From: Eledone cirrhosa | Taxonomy: Eukaryota | DNA length: 64,000 nucleotides | Direction: 5' to 3' | Assembly: GCA_964016885.1 (NCBI GenBank) | Contig: OZ024746.1 | Location: forward strand, 28,024,001-28,088,000 | Shown here: piece by piece, positions 1 through 14,565 of the stretch | Position numbering within the stretch: the first letter of the stretch is position 1 | Layout: each line of letters starts with the position of its first letter | The notes under the pieces: generated by a model | Told to the model about the DNA's origin: nothing | What the model saw: the letters and a program-made list of their open reading frames with translations, nothing else | Database searches by the model: none | Translations under genes and position numbers: made by a program

Positions 1-65
1 CTCAAGGTTTAGCAAATAAGAAAAAGTTTCAAAATAAATTTTAAAAAATATGTCTGTGTATTTGC

Positions 66-101
<36 letters not shown>

Positions 102-1537
102 GCAAATACACAGACACATATACATATACATATATATTTATATGTGTGTGTGTGAGAGTTTCTGTGTGTAGTGTGTGTATAGTGTTTGCGGAGATTTTTT
201 TCCAATTCAAATATAAGGTTATATAGAGTGACATTGAGTGTGACTGAATTACTTCCGTTGCATGTGATAATTCCCTACCTAGGAGAATTGAATTTCTGCT
301 CTATCCTCACCTCCCATCACCATCCAAATCATACCACCACCTCCCATCACCCTCACTGTGATACCTCTAAGAACACACCACCATCTCCACCAATATCACT
401 ACCACCACTGTTACCATCCGTGTCAATTTCCAGTTAATGTCGACCGCTCATGTGTACTGATAAATTGCTAACTCACACAGAGAGAGTCCAGATAATAAAT
501 AAGTTTGCTTGAAAACAAGAATGAATGTGAAAATATTTCACACAAACAGGATGAAATTACCCGACATAAAAAATGCTTTGTTTTCGATGTAAAAGAAACA
601 AAAACAACTCAACATATATTTAATAGCTGAGTGTCATTCCAGCGAGGATTCATGTCAGATGTTTATCCTCTGTGTTCAATATAACTACAGATATTTCATT
701 TGTTTCCCCTACATAGAAACAGGAAACAGAAAGAAAATCACATGTTTAAAATTAACAGAATAGAGTCACAGATTTGGTGAGAAAGAAAAATGTCACGGAA
801 AAATGGCACACTTTCGTGTAGAAAAAAAAAGAACTCTATTTTGCCAAGGAAAAATCATTTTCCTTGAATAACACTGAAAAAAGTAATTTGTTTAAAACTG
901 TGGAAACATTTATAAAAATATAAGAGGGGAAAGAACTGAAGACACTTAAATTCCTGTACGAGTTGGGGCTAAAATACTATATACATACACACACACACAA
1001 ATATATATATATATATATAAGTGTGTGTGTGTATATATATATATGTATATACATACACACATAAACACACAAATATATATATATATATATATAAATGTGT
1101 GTGTGTGTGTGCGTATGTATGTATATATATATATATATATATATATGAATAAAGTGGTCCTTCATCAGTGATCTTCCAACCATCATCGGTATTTCTTCGC
1201 TTTAAAGACCATATACCTCCGGTTGGTGCGAGCAACGGCTAAAGAAAGTCGTTGGGAAACGTAAATAAAGGGAACAGCGAGAGTGTAAACAAACAAAGAT
1301 GGTGAAGCAACGAAAAGTGAGGAAGAACGAGTCAAGTCCCAAATTTCCATGAATATAAGTTCGGTGAAATCGTGAACGAGAGAGAATAAAGACCATCAAA
1401 CCTATATAGTGAAGTGTGAAGAATAACAACATCAGGTGAGTCTAAAGGCCGCTGATCGCTAGAAATTGCGTCACTCGACCTTAATTACAGTGCATGTGTC
1501 TGATCAAATAATCGGAATACATATTTTATATATATAT

Positions 1538-1726
1538 AACATCAGGAAATAAGTGAGTATATTCCTAATTAAACGTTCGGGGTGCTAACTAATTGTATTG
1601 TGTGGAAAATTGGCTGTATTATTTCATATGAGACATATCGAATATATCTCTCTTATATATATACAATACAATTAGTTAGCACCCCGAACGTTTAATTAGG
1701 AATATACTCACTTATTTCCTAATGTT
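1538..1726. repeat. 64-bp-arm inverted repeat island
   Basis: AACATCAGGAAATAAGTGAG...TTGTATTGT (1538-1601) is mirrored at 1663-1726; TA runs nearby. Confidence 0.85.
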
Positions 1727-1789
1727 AGTTGAGTGAGTTGGAATTTGGCCGGAGTATCACTAAAAGCTTTCTCCGACAATGTATTTATT

Positions 1790-1863
<74 letters not shown>

Positions 1864-1960
1864 AAGATCGGAATTAAGAGTATTCCGCAGATCACTGTAA
1901 TAATAATAATTGTATTAGCTCAAAGAAGAATAAAGAATTTCCTTCTTAGCTCAAATGCAA

Positions 1961-2510
1961 ATATATATTACACAAAGAGAAGTGTATTACACAGCGAGAT
2001 GTGTGTAAAGAATTATTACAAGTGAGTTTACTGTTACTGTATAGGGAACAATATCTACAGGTTTAGTAATTAACTAGAAAAAAACTAAGTCAGAGTCAAA
2101 TCTCTGGATTAGAGTTTTAAAATACCAACCTTATAACTATATTTTGCTGATACGAATCTCGCTGATGCAAATAACACGTGACTTCGCCCTGCTAGGGGCA
2201 GCGTGTGTATTAGCTATCTCTCTATCCATGAGGTTAGATGTGTGGTGTTCAGTGTTCGCATTTGCTGACTGAGGATCCTGTGACCTGATACACTTCACAT
2301 ATAATGTGGTGAAACGAAGCGAGATTCGTATCAGCAAAATATAGTTATAAGGTTGGTATTTTAAAACTCTAATCCAGAGATTTGACTCCGACTTAGTTTT
2401 TTTCTATTTAATTACTAAACCTGTAGATATTGTTCCCTATACAGTAACGGTAAACTCACTTGTAATAATTCTTTACACACATCTCGCTGTGTAAAACACT
2501 TCTCTTTGTG

Positions 2511-2520
<10 letters not shown>
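1961..2520. repeat. ~200-bp-arm inverted repeat (1961-2163 / 2318-2520), PLE pLTR-like fold-back island between (TA)n tracts
   Basis: Arms are reverse complements with few mismatches; the HHR spans the spacer and the start of the right arm. Confidence 0.9.
2261..2338 (+). ncRNA. Type I hammerhead ribozyme with full stem III and enlarged stem II
   Basis: TTTGCTGA-CTGAGGA-(TCC...GGT, 35 nt)-GAAA-CGAA-GCGAGA-TTCG-TA/TCAGCAAA; perfect 8-bp stem I and 4-bp CGAA:TTCG stem III. Confidence 0.85.
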
Positions 2521-2587
<67 letters not shown>

Positions 2588-2872
2588 TTTTATCAGACAA
2601 GCCCTAGACAATGTTAACATACGTGTAGTTCGTTCATCAGACAGAGGGGTTATGAAATGAAAAACTGAAACCTTTTGTAATGGAGTAGTTATATATTGTG
2701 TTGTTCACTCTCTAATTAAATAGCTCTCTGTTATACATAGAGCACTCTCTTTTCTTTTGCTTTTTACATCGGATATACTTAACACACACACGCACACACG
2801 CACACACGCGCACACACACGCACGCACACACACACACACACGCACACACACACACACACACACACACGCACG

Positions 2873-2920
<48 letters not shown>

Positions 2921-3079
2921 ACGAGGGAAGTGTCGTAAGGAATCAGGTGGACCATAACGCACCGGAGTACTCGATACTTAGGGCCGTTTCGACAGCTAGA
3001 TCTGAATTAACTCACACTACTGTGTTCAGATCTAGCTGTCGAAACGGCCGGAGCTCAGCCGTCGGGGTCGTGATTCTTT

Positions 3080-3082
<3 letters not shown>
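2921..3082. mobile_element. Truncated pLTR-like family A fragment with internal fold-back and 3' half of an HHR
   Basis: Homologous to 11550-11667, 22766-22904, 23554-23959 and 40293-40474; contains GAAA-CGGC-loop-GCCG-TC/GGGGTC; inverted repeat 2982-3049. Confidence 0.75.
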
Positions 3083-3154
<72 letters not shown>

Positions 3155-3330
3155 AGTAAGTGCCGTACTAAGAGTGAGAAATGAAATTTCGTTTCATTCT
3201 ATTCCATTTAGCGTTTTCGGTGTGCCCGGCCGACTGAACTCACTCGATATGCAAATTAGGATGCTCAGCCGTTAATATGCATAAGGAAAGTATATACTTT
3301 CAGACGTTCAACCATCTACCAGGAAGGTAT

Positions 3331-3373
3331 ACGATGCTGACGATAGCTAATAAGCTTGAAACTAGTACATCGT
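3331..3373 (+). ncRNA. Minimal type I hammerhead ribozyme
   Basis: ACGATG-CTGACGA-T-AGCT-AATA-AGCT-T-GAAA-C-TA-GTA/CATCGT; palindromic ACTAGT stem III. Confidence 0.9.
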
Positions 3374-3758
3374 TCCTGTGTCAGTGTTGAACAAAAAGAT
3401 GACGTGGTTGCCTAAACACTGTACGGCGTAAATCGGGCTGTTTGTTTGTTCACAAACAAACAAACCGAGCATTATAATAAATGTTCGGTAAACCGATACG
3501 TGCATGTATGTATATATATATACATTCTACTGTACGTCTGTATACATATATGTATGTATGTATACATACATACTTACATTTAAGTAAGTGCCGTACTAAG
3601 AGTGAGAAATGAAATTTCGTTTCATTCTATTCCATTTATCGTTTTCGGGGTGCCCGGCCGACTGAACTCACTCGATATCTAAATTATGCTGCTCAGCCGT
3701 TAATATGCATAAGGAAAGTATATACTTTCAGACGTTCAACCATCTACCAGGAAGGTAT

Positions 3759-3801
3759 ACGATGCTGACGATAGCTAATAAGCTTGAAACTAGTACATCG
3801 T
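3759..3801 (+). ncRNA. Minimal type I hammerhead ribozyme (second unit)
   Basis: Identical to 3331-3373. Confidence 0.9.
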
Positions 3802-4084
3802 TCCTGTGTCAGTGTTGAACAAAAAGGTGACGTAGTTGCCTAAACACTGTACGGCGTAAGTCGGGCTGTTTGATTGTTTACAAACAACAAACCGAGCATT
3901 ATAATAAATGTTCAGTAAACCGATACGTGCATATATATATATGTGTACATGTATGTATATATATACATAATACTGTACGTCTGTATACATATATGAATGT
4001 ACGTATACATACATACATACATACTTACATCTAAGTGAGTGCCGTACTAAGAGTGAGAAATGAAATTTCGTTTCATTCTATTCC

Positions 4085-4373
<289 letters not shown>

Positions 4374-4405
4374 AGATCAAAAGATGGTTAAAGGAGTTCC
4401 ATGTA

Positions 4406-4472
4406 TTTTATTATGCGCATTTCAAAAACAAACATCATCATGCAATAATATTTGTGTTTTCATCAGATAAAA
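4406..4472 (-). ncRNA. Type I hammerhead ribozyme in fold-back island 4368-4650
   Basis: Minus strand: TTTTAT-CTGATGA-AAACACAAAT...GTTTGTTTTT-GAAA-T-GCGC-ATA/ATAAAA; inverted arms 4368-4394 / 4535-4563. Confidence 0.8.
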
Positions 4473-4647
4473 CAGGAGAACGTGATATGAAGGCTAAAAA
4501 ACACTTGTGGATAGTGCAGTTTTAAATCAACATATCCTTTAACCATCTTTTGATCTTATATTATGTATACTCCAGTCCTACAAACTGTAGAGTGCTTCTT
4601 ATCCGATATCTGCATTGCTTTATTGTACTACAATAAAACTCACCTCC

Positions 4648-4699
<52 letters not shown>

Positions 4700-5595
4700 T
4701 TTTTTAGAGATACGTAACCAAATATATCACTCAATTTAAAACATTTCTTTTTCTAAAATTGTGTCGGTTAATGACGATAAATTTACTATTAATCCATATT
4801 AAATGGTTAAATCATAGTACTAATGATGTGATAATGATACAAATTAGTCATCGATTTATCACATAAGATCTTTTCAAGAAAAACGATTGATTAAAATCGA
4901 AATGTCCTTTTATAATGACAGAATGAAATTAATAACTAAAGAAGTAAAAGTAAATGTACATGAACAAAATAAACGATGAATTTCTTCATTATAGAATAAG
5001 CTGGATTTTCAGATTAAGAAATATATGTTGTTCAGTTAAAACCGATAATGAAAGAGACGCTACAATTGTAAGGAAGACATTATATATAAAAATACAGTAA
5101 ACATTGTTTCATTTCCTCCCAGGCAGTAAAGTAGGGAGCTTTAGATCAGAACTGTAGGAACGATTGGAGTTGTGTGTGCGGGAGGGGGTATAGAGGGACG
5201 GAGAGGGTGAGGATGGAGGGGTGGAGATGGAGAAAGTGCGAAGGGAGAGGAGAGGGTGGAGAAAGTTGAGAGGAGGGAAGAATGCGGAGAAGGAGAGGAG
5301 AGGGTGGGGAGGGGGAGAGGTGAGCAAGAAAGGAAGGGAAGAGAGTGGAAGTGTGTATGTGTGTATGTGTGTGTGTGTGAAACAGAAAGCAGGAGAGAAA
5401 GAGGTGTAGAGATGGTGACAGAAAAATAGGAGACAGAGCAGAGAGACAGATATAGGAGAGAAAGAGATTCGGTGTGTGTGTGAGTCTGTCAATGAAAGAG
5501 TGTGTGTGAGTAAGAGAGGGAGAGCAAGGTGGGAGATAGAGAGAGAAAATGAAAGAGACAATTGAGAAATAGAGAAAAAGAAATAGACAATTTAG

Positions 5596-5597
5596 AA

Positions 5598-5670
<73 letters not shown>

Positions 5671-5757
5671 TAATGAGAGAGAGAGAGACAAAAAAGAGAC
5701 ACAAGAGTAAGGGAAAAGTGAGAGAGAGAGAAAAGAAAGAGAGAAAAAGAGAGGGAG

Positions 5758-5820
<63 letters not shown>
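5596..5820. repeat. (GA)n microsatellite cluster
   Basis: Long GA runs. Confidence 0.95.
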
Positions 5821-5824
<4 letters not shown>

Positions 5825-5911
5825 AATGAGGGCGATGAATGAAAAAACAAAGAAACTCTCCAAAACAAACATCAAAGTGGAAACTAAACACCAACAACTA
5901 ATCAGTTGGTA

Positions 5912-7990
5912 TACTACAACAGTAACTACAACAACAACAGTAAGTACAACAGTAACAACAGTAACTACAACAACAAAGGGAACAGTAAGTACAAGAACAA
6001 CAGTAACAACAGTAACTACAACAACAAAGGGAACAGTAAGTACAACAACAGTAAGTACAAGAACAACAGTAAGTACAAGAACAACAGTAAGTACAAGAAC
6101 AACAGTAAGTACAACAACAACAGTAAGTGCAAGAACAACAGTAAGTACAACAACAACAGTAAGTACAAGAACAACAGTAACAACAGTAACTACAACAACA
6201 AAGGGAACAGTAAGTACAACAACAGTAAGTACAAGAACAACAGTAAGTACAAGAACAACAGTAAGTACAAGAACAACAGTAAGTACAACAACAACAGTAA
6301 GTGCAAGAACAACAGTAAGTACAACAACAACAGTAAGTACAAGAACAACAGTAACAACAGTAACTACAACAACAAAGGGAACAGTAAGTACAACAACAGT
6401 AAGTACAAGAACAACAGTAAGTACAAGAACAACAGTAAGTACAAGAACAACAGTAAGTACAACAACAACAGTAAGTGCAAGAACAACAGTAAGTACAACA
6501 ACAACAGTAAGTACAAGAACAACAGTAACAACAGTAACTACAACAACAAAGGGAACAGTAAGTACAACAACAGTAAGTACAAGAACAACAGTAAGTACAA
6601 GAACAACAGTAAGTACAAGAACAACAGTAAGTACAACAACAACAGTAAGTGCAAGAACAACAGTAAGTACAACAACAACAGTAAGTACAAGAACAACAGT
6701 AAGTACAAGAACAACAGTAAGTACAACAACAACAGTAAGTGCAAGAACAACAGTAAGTACAACAACAACAGTAAGTACAAGAACAACAGTAAGTACAAGA
6801 ACAACAGTAAATACAAGAACAACAGTAAGTACAAGAACAACAGTAAGTACAAGAACAACAGTAAGTACAAGAACAACAGTAAGTACAAGAACAACAGTAA
6901 GTACAACAGTAACAACAGTAACTACAACAACAAAGGGAACAGTAAGTACAAGAACAACAGTAACAACAGTAACTACAACAACAAAGGGAACAGTAAGTAC
7001 AACAACAGTAAGTACAACAACAACAGTAAGTACAAGAACAACAGTAAGTACAAGAACAACAGTAAGTACAACAACAACAGTAAGTGCAAGAACAACAGTA
7101 AGTACAAGAACAACAGTAAGTACAAGAACAACAGTAAGTACAAGAACAACAGTAAGTACAAGAACAACAGTAAGTACAAGAACAACAGTAAGTACAAGAA
7201 CAACAGTAAGTACAAGAACAACAGTAAGTACAACAGTGACAACAGTAACTACAACAACAAAGAGAACAGTAAGTACAACAACAACAGTAAGTACAAGAAC
7301 AACAGTAAGTACAACAACAACAGTAAGTACAACAACAACAGTAAGTACAACAACAACAGTAAGTACAACAACAACAGTAAGTACAACAACAACAGTAAGT
7401 ACAAGAACAACAGTAAGTACAAGAACAACAGTAAGTACAACAACAACAGTAAGTACAAGAACAACAGTAAGTACAACAACAACAGTAAGTACAACAGTAA
7501 CAACAGTAACTACAACAACAAAGAGAACAGTAAGTACAACAACAACAGTAACTACAACAACAACAGTAACAACAACGAAACCTGAACCAGCAACAACAGC
7601 AAGAAAAACAACAATAACAACAACAACAACAGTGACAGTAACAAGCGCAACACCAATAACTATAACAACAACAACAACAATGAGTACACCACCAACAACA
7701 ACAACAAAAGCAACAACAACAACAACAACAACAATAACAGTTACAACAACACCAACAGCAACTACAACAGCAACTACAACGACAATAGAAGTGGCAACAA
7801 CAGCGACAGCTACAACAACTACTACAACAACTACTACAACAACACCAACTACTACAACAACTACTACAACAACACCAACAACAGCACCAACTACTACAAC
7901 AACACCAACAACAGCACCATCTACTACAACAACAGTAACAACAACTACTTCAACACCAACAACAACAACTATAATTACAACAATATCAAC
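5912..7990. repeat. 18-bp minisatellite (AGTACAAGAACAACAGTA and variants) with higher-order blocks, grading into (ACA/ACT)n
   Basis: Directly visible periodicity; the AAAGGGAACAG marker recurs every ~177 bp between 6026 and 6560. Confidence 0.95.
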
Positions 7991-8190
7991 AATAAAAATC
8001 TCATTGAAATTTTTTACTAATGTATGTGTGCATATATATATATATGCATCTGTGTGTACGCATGCGTATATGAGTATATATCATGTGTATATATGTATAT
8101 GTATGTATGTGTGCATATAAGTATATGTGTGTGTGTGTAAGTATGTGTGTATTTTCATTAGTAACGGACGTCCGTTACTCATGTAATAGT

Positions 8191-8232
<42 letters not shown>

Positions 8233-8427
8233 CAGTAGCAGTAGTAATAGTAGTAGTAGTAGTTAATGCAGCAGTAGTTTTCAATCTTAAGTAATATTAG
8301 AGTATTGCACCGATTGACCTCAATGTCTGAATATAGCGTTCAGTGGAACGTTATACGTGTGTATGTGTGTACTTAGATGGAGAGACATGTTGAGATATAG
8401 AGAGATAACGAGAGAGGGAGAGAGATG

Positions 8428-8492
<65 letters not shown>

Positions 8493-8648
8493 CGAGAGAG
8501 AGATAACAAGATAGATAGAGATGAATAGATAGATTGATAGATAGATAGATATATTTCTTTATTAGCCACAGGGGCACAAAAGAAGGGGACAAATACAAAG
8601 GGGGAAGTTTACATACAATAAAAACGTGTAAAATGTTATCACAAATGG

Positions 8649-8706
<58 letters not shown>
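8428..8706. repeat. (GATA)n microsatellites flanking an ~90-bp insert
   Basis: GATA runs at 8428-8550 and 8650-8706; the insert's minus strand ends GCTAATAAAGAAAT, possibly a LINE 3' end. Confidence 0.8.
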
Positions 8707-8707
<1 letters not shown>

Positions 8708-9769
8708 CGAGAGAGAGAGAGAGAGAGGGGGGATGGAGAGAAAGAGAGTAAAGAACAAGTTTGAGTGGAAGGTGGGGGGGGGGAGAATATGTGCGAGATG
8801 TTGGTGGAGAATGGCCGAGGAGTGAGGGAGAACAAGCTGGAGGCGTGGGTGGAGTAGTAGGAGGAGAAGAGAGTAGTAGGAGGAGAAGGTAGGAAGACCG
8901 ACGGGAGAGGGAATCGCTAGAGGTGTAGGTGGAATAGAGAGATGAGAGAGGACATTGCTAGAAGGTGTGGGTGGAGTAGGTAACATGAACCAAAACAAAA
9001 AAAAACAAATACTTTTCCTTCTTATCCTTTGTCTTTGTCGCCATGTTTATCTCTGCAACTGAATGCTAACAACTCTTACAGTTTACAATGTGGAATTAAC
9101 CCTCTTCTGTCTATATTTTTTAAGGAATCCAATTTATTTCAGTTGGGGGAAAACAATAGTTTAAAGTACTCAATATGTACTCAAGATGGTTAAGTAATAT
9201 AGTACATTCTACCTTTTAGACTCATTCTCTCTTATATACACATCTATACACCAGGTCCGAACACAATATGATTGATTTACTAAATGAATAATAATTATTT
9301 CGTTATTAAAATAGTAACTTCATATATTGATCTTACATAAAATTATGTTGGAAGATATTAATTTAAATAGAACCCCTTTGAAGCGGGAGCTTTTGTAGTT
9401 TTAGAATCAGAACCGGGTTTTTAGCCAGATTGGTGTCAGAATTGTTTGTTATTATTCCTATATAATTTTCCCTGTTCTCTGTGATGCTCGAGTATGTAGT
9501 TAAGGACTGAGAGGGTGGTGTAAATGTAAAGTTTGGCACTACAAAATGTGACGTTTGACTTCAAACACAGGTCTGTTCATTGCCAAAACGTACTGATCAT
9601 GAAAATCAGACCAAAAGCGCAATGTTTCTATTGGTCATTCCATTGCTGATATTATCTCTCAGCTTTAACTCCTGTAAGAAAGAGGCAGAATTTGAACTCA
9701 GAAGCTACGCCACTGTATCAGCTACTGAAAAGTGTCCTGTGGAACTCTTTAACAATACCGACAATTCGT

Positions 9770-9910
9770 CGTTCTTTCTACAGTATTTTTTGAACCCCAA
9801 AACTTTGAAATACAGAGTTGACCTCGACAGGATTTGAACTCAGAGGGCACAGAGTAGATACAAATAGTAAATCATTAAATCCCACGCTCTCACGACTTTG
9901 CCAAATTCCC
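9770..9910 (-). mobile_element. Degenerate tRNA-derived SINE (same family as 60346 and 62007)
   Basis: GTTGACCTCGACAGGATTTGAACTCAGA matches the B-box region of 62090-62120. Confidence 0.65.
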
Positions 9911-10104
9911 ATAAAGTTTCAATATAGAGATTATATCAGGGAGGCAATTATGTACCCGTTGCTCATTCTCCGGAACTGATGCAAGATCTTGGTAATACAT
10001 TTATTCGTACCTTTAACCGCATTATATATTCATTTTCAATTATTTCTTTACTCCTTTGTGATCTTATGTGATTTCTGTATCTCCTTTGTGATCCTGTCTC
10101 TAAT

Positions 10105-10213
10105 TTTGTACGCCTGAAGAAGGGCTAAAGCCGACACGTCAAATTTTCTTTCCCCTTTTCCATATAAAACCTGAAACTAATAAGACTTTTTGTATCTCTG
10201 TTGTCTCCTTGAA

Positions 10214-10214
<1 letters not shown>
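10105..10214 (+). mobile_element. Decayed PLE pLTR 3' end with degenerate HHR
   Basis: CTGAAGA-AGGGCTAAAGCC-GACACGTC (GAAA mutated) resembles the motif at 31190-31217; ends at (TA)n. Confidence 0.5.
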
Positions 10215-10255
<41 letters not shown>

Positions 10256-11257
10256 TATATCTATATATATTTAGTTACATATATGTATGTGTGTGTGCGT
10301 GTGTATGGTACAATGTGTATAAGACACACATTGGACAATATATGTTACAATTAGCCCCTTATATTAGCGGAACTTATCCAACAGTGAAGACAAAGTGCAC
10401 CATAATCAATCTCTATCATAAAAAATCGATGACAATCTAATCAAGATTACCACTTCTATGTCCTATCTTGTCTCTCGTTAATTTACAAAGTCAAACAGTT
10501 TATGAAGAAATATATTTTAGAAATGACTATCCCCATAGCTTTACCATATACAGTAGTTGTTTCAAAGATCATGGCATTGGAATATGATGTGGGTAGATCG
10601 AAGAAGGTCAATATTTTAGGTATCTGTAGTTTTAAGGATTCGATTTCCCAGTAGGGGGGGGGGGGTCCTTCACATTTGATTGATTTGGTGGCACTGATAC
10701 AAGTACAAGTGTGTTTTAAAGCTCCCGCTGTTTGTGTGGCATGAGAGGCGGCAGCGATGGTAGTATTAGTAGTGCTGGTGATGGTAGTGGTGATAGTTGT
10801 AGTAGTAGTAACAATTGTAGTAGTAGTAGTAGTAGTGGTGGTGGGGTAATAGTAGTAGCAGTAGTAGTAGTGGTTCTGCAAGTTAGACGAACACAATCGC
10901 TAACTAAGTCATATCCGAGACATGTCTGCCCAATCCATACCACCACTTTCTCTACCAATTCTGGGTTTGCTATCGTTACTGAGCAGTCAATATATTTTAG
11001 AAAGTAACATTTTAGAAAGTGACCATGTACTCAGCATATAAACTACTTCGACGAGAAATCTATACTTCGCTTAAGAACTTTATCACATCTCTTTTGTTTT
11101 TCTCTCTCTTTTATCATCACTCTTATTTACTCCCCCTCTCTATCTTCTGTTCTATATCTGCCCCTCGTTATCGTCCGTACTATATCTCCCCAACCTCTCT
11201 CTCTCGAACCCATTCTATATTTACCATCTCTCTTCCATTCTATATCACCCGCTCCTC

Positions 11258-11337
<80 letters not shown>

Positions 11338-11512
11338 CCTCTCTCTCTCTCTCTCTCTCTCGCTCTCTTTCTTCAGTTCTATATCTCCCCCTCTGTATAT
11401 GTTCTGTTCTATATCTCGCTCCTCTTTCTCACTCTCTCTCCATCTCCCTATTTACCTTGCTATTACAGCAAAATGAGTATACACATTGCATCATTAACCA
11501 TTCTATACAACG

Positions 11513-11549
<37 letters not shown>

Positions 11550-11550
<1 letters not shown>

Positions 11551-11664
11551 CGAAGGAGTTGTGGTAAGGAACCAGATGGACCATAACGCACCAGAGTACT
11601 CAATAGTTAGGGTAGAAGAATAGGTAATAGGAGAAAGTATGACCCCGACAGGGTCATACTTTCT

Positions 11665-11667
<3 letters not shown>
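11550..11667 (-). mobile_element. pLTR-like family A 3' end fragment in (TA)n
   Basis: ACGAAGGAGTTGTGGTAAGGAACCAGATGGACCATAACGCACC is homologous to 22766 and 23782. Confidence 0.75.
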
Positions 11668-11700
<33 letters not shown>

Positions 11701-11776
11701 CATATATATATATAAATCAGTTATATGGTTTGTCCATATATATATAAATACATATATATATATATAAATCAGTTAT

Positions 11777-12523
11777 ATGGTTTGTCCACTCGCAAATCTA
11801 TTCTTTAAAGCTTTAGATAAATCCTTCCCCATTCAACATAAATACCGTTCCATATTTAACAGACACACTATTAAGCTTTCTTATTCTACAACTATGAATA
11901 TGGCCCAGAACATCGCTAAAATAAATAGTAGAATTCTAAATCAACATACATTTATCGATAATGAATATAATAACACTAGCAATATTAATACTAGAAATAA
12001 CATTAACATCACAATCAATAGAACATTTCGGAGTACTAATAATGTTAATGTAAATAGTACAATTTATAGTAATAACAATAAATCGAAGTGTAATTGTAGA
12101 AATATACCAGATTACCCTCTGCAAAATAACTGTCTGGATAGCAATCTGGTATATAAATGCACCGTAAAAGCAAATAACATCACATACAACTATATAGGTG
12201 CAACTTCTTCGACTTTTAAATCAAGATTTGCGAATCACAAATGCTCTTTTTCAAATCCTAATAGGAAATCTTCGACTTCTTTATCACAACTTATATGGTC
12301 ATTAAAAGACAAAAACTTAAAATACTCGATTTCTTGGGCGAAGTTGTGTAATAGTAGAATTTATTTGAATTCTTCAATACCACCTAACTGCAACCTCTGT
12401 ACCATGGAGACCCTTTTAATAATTACTAATTATGAAAATTTAATTAACAAAAAAAGTGAATTATTCTCAAACTGCCTTCTAAAAACTTTTTCTACATTCC
12501 AAAAAGTCAGGAAAAAACACTAA
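11777..12523 (+). pseudogene. PLE linker + GIY-YIG endonuclease (C-terminal fragment, 248 aa)
   Basis: IFNRHTIKLSYS; CNCRN...PLQNNCL; NLVYKCTV...YIGATSSTFKSRFANHK; CNLCTME...LINKKSELFSNC. Confidence 0.85.
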
Positions 12524-13080
12524 ATAAACAGGTTCTAATTTTTGACGTCTCTTATCAACTGTGTACCTAAAACGTTATAACAGATTATAAAACTTTAATA
12601 ATTTTTATATTTTATTCTTTTAATGTTAGATTAAAGGGTCCTGTTTAGGTATATAAACATATTATTTGTTAACAGGAGGAATATGCATATCTTTTGATTG
12701 TTAAGCTATATTTAATTTTTGACTGGGATTCTTGTATATTTTTTTAATATATGGCTTATACGCTTAACAGTTATAATGTTGCGAAAATCATTCATGCATT
12801 TATGTTTTTGTATATTTATTCATTTGGAGTATGTTTTACGATTGAGGAAGTTTGATTTATATATTTTTATTTAGATATATGTACGGTATATGCATCACAC
12901 ACCATACTTGTCGACAATCTTTTTTCCACTTAACTTAATGTAAAACTTCAATTATAACATTACTAACAATGATTGTACTAATTATTTATTATATGTATAT
13001 CGATCACTAATATCTGGAATACTCTGTTATATGAACAAATCTGTATATCTAGTATAATAACATGCTTCTAGTTACATTTA

Positions 13081-13278
13081 TAAGTACTTTAAATTCTTTA
13101 ATGACTTTCTAGTGTTACAATCGTTAAATATTTTCTAAATATTTTCTAAATTTTCTAAGTTATATAACGATTACTATTGATAAGTACTTTAGATACTTTA
13201 ATGATTTTCTAGTGTTATAATCGTTAAATATGTTCTAAATATTTTCTAAATTTTCTAAGTTATATAACGATTATTATT
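13081..13278. repeat. 100-bp tandem duplication
   Basis: TAAGTACTTTA...TATATAACGATTA at 13081 and 13181. Confidence 0.9.
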
Positions 13279-14565
13279 TTATTTAATTTAATTAAATTTG
13301 GGTTACCTTCGGGTCAATGAAATCCTTAGGCTTTCTCTTTCTCATGTTTGCAGACACATCATACTACTATATAAATTTATAAAAAAAATTAAGATCGCAG
13401 ACAATTCAGTTTTTTACTTTGAATCAGATTCTTATCCGTATGATTCACGAAGTTTGACTTGTATATTTATAGTATATATGTGTTACATGACCTTATTATA
13501 ATAATTGATCTAAAACCTTAATTTTTAACAATATTATCAGTAACTTATTTATTGTATTATATTATGTTATATATAATTGATAGGTATCATCTTAATCTTT
13601 AGACAATATAATCTTTGTTTATATTTAGACAAATGCATATATCTAATTTGATCATAAACTTTTTAAAGTTTAATTATAAAGCCTTTTGGTGCTTTAAGGC
13701 ATTCTAATTGTTAATCTTAATTTTTAAAATTATAACTGTAATTATTTTATAAATTATATAATGCGAATTATCTTCAATATAATATAAATAATTAAATATA
13801 TTATAATCAAATTAATAAGAATTACCTTCGTGAGGATGAAAAAAAAATGTCTTCTTTCTCATGTTTGCAAATAGTTTAAATATGAATTCATAAAATATGA
13901 TTTTATAAATTAAATATGAAGGTATACTTTAATATTTATACAGATATTTATAAACATGTATAGCCTGAAATAGTATACACTTTGATTAATTCATTACTCT
14001 GAACTAACTTAAATGATTTGAAAGTTAACGGTGAACCGGATACGTTTGGATAGTATATATAACTAATTAAGTAAGGAAATTAACCATTATTAATTACACC
14101 CAGTTATATTTAGGATTTAGATTGATGAATATTTCTAGATAATTCAATAATTCAAAGATTCGAGTTTACTCTATCGCATATGTATAGTTGTTATGTATCG
14201 ATATATATAATTCATCCCTCCCTATAATTATAATTATTCCTCTTTGTCTCCCTTTCCTTGATCAATTCTCTTTTGCTCTCTATACCTCTACTAGCTATAT
14301 TTTCCCCTCATCTGTTTTCTCTCTGTCTTTCTTTTATTTTCTTTCCTCTTTCTTCAATAATTATTTGAATCTCTAACAGTTATGTAAATTACTGTTATGT
14401 ATTTTTAAGCTTTCTTACACGCACCCTCTGCATTATATGTATTATATGTAAGTTTTTTCATGTATTAATCTTAAGGTATATAAATATTGAGTTTTGTCAT
14501 ATCTTACTCACTACCATGACTGGATCTTAACCATCTACTACGTCAGGGTATGTCATGCATCATCT

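Noticed and set aside
1147-1525. Island with minus-strand CTGATGAAGG near 1160
   Set aside because: No GAAA or stem III before the (TA)n; cannot be called a ribozyme.
2586-2660. Minus-strand CTGATGA at 2634-2640
   Set aside because: No properly placed GAAA box or cleavage site.
9580-9837. 85-aa ORF with a signal-peptide- or lipoprotein-like segment (LLILSLSFNSCKK)
   Set aside because: Short, non-ATG start, ends inside a SINE, in a eukaryotic repeat context; likely chance.
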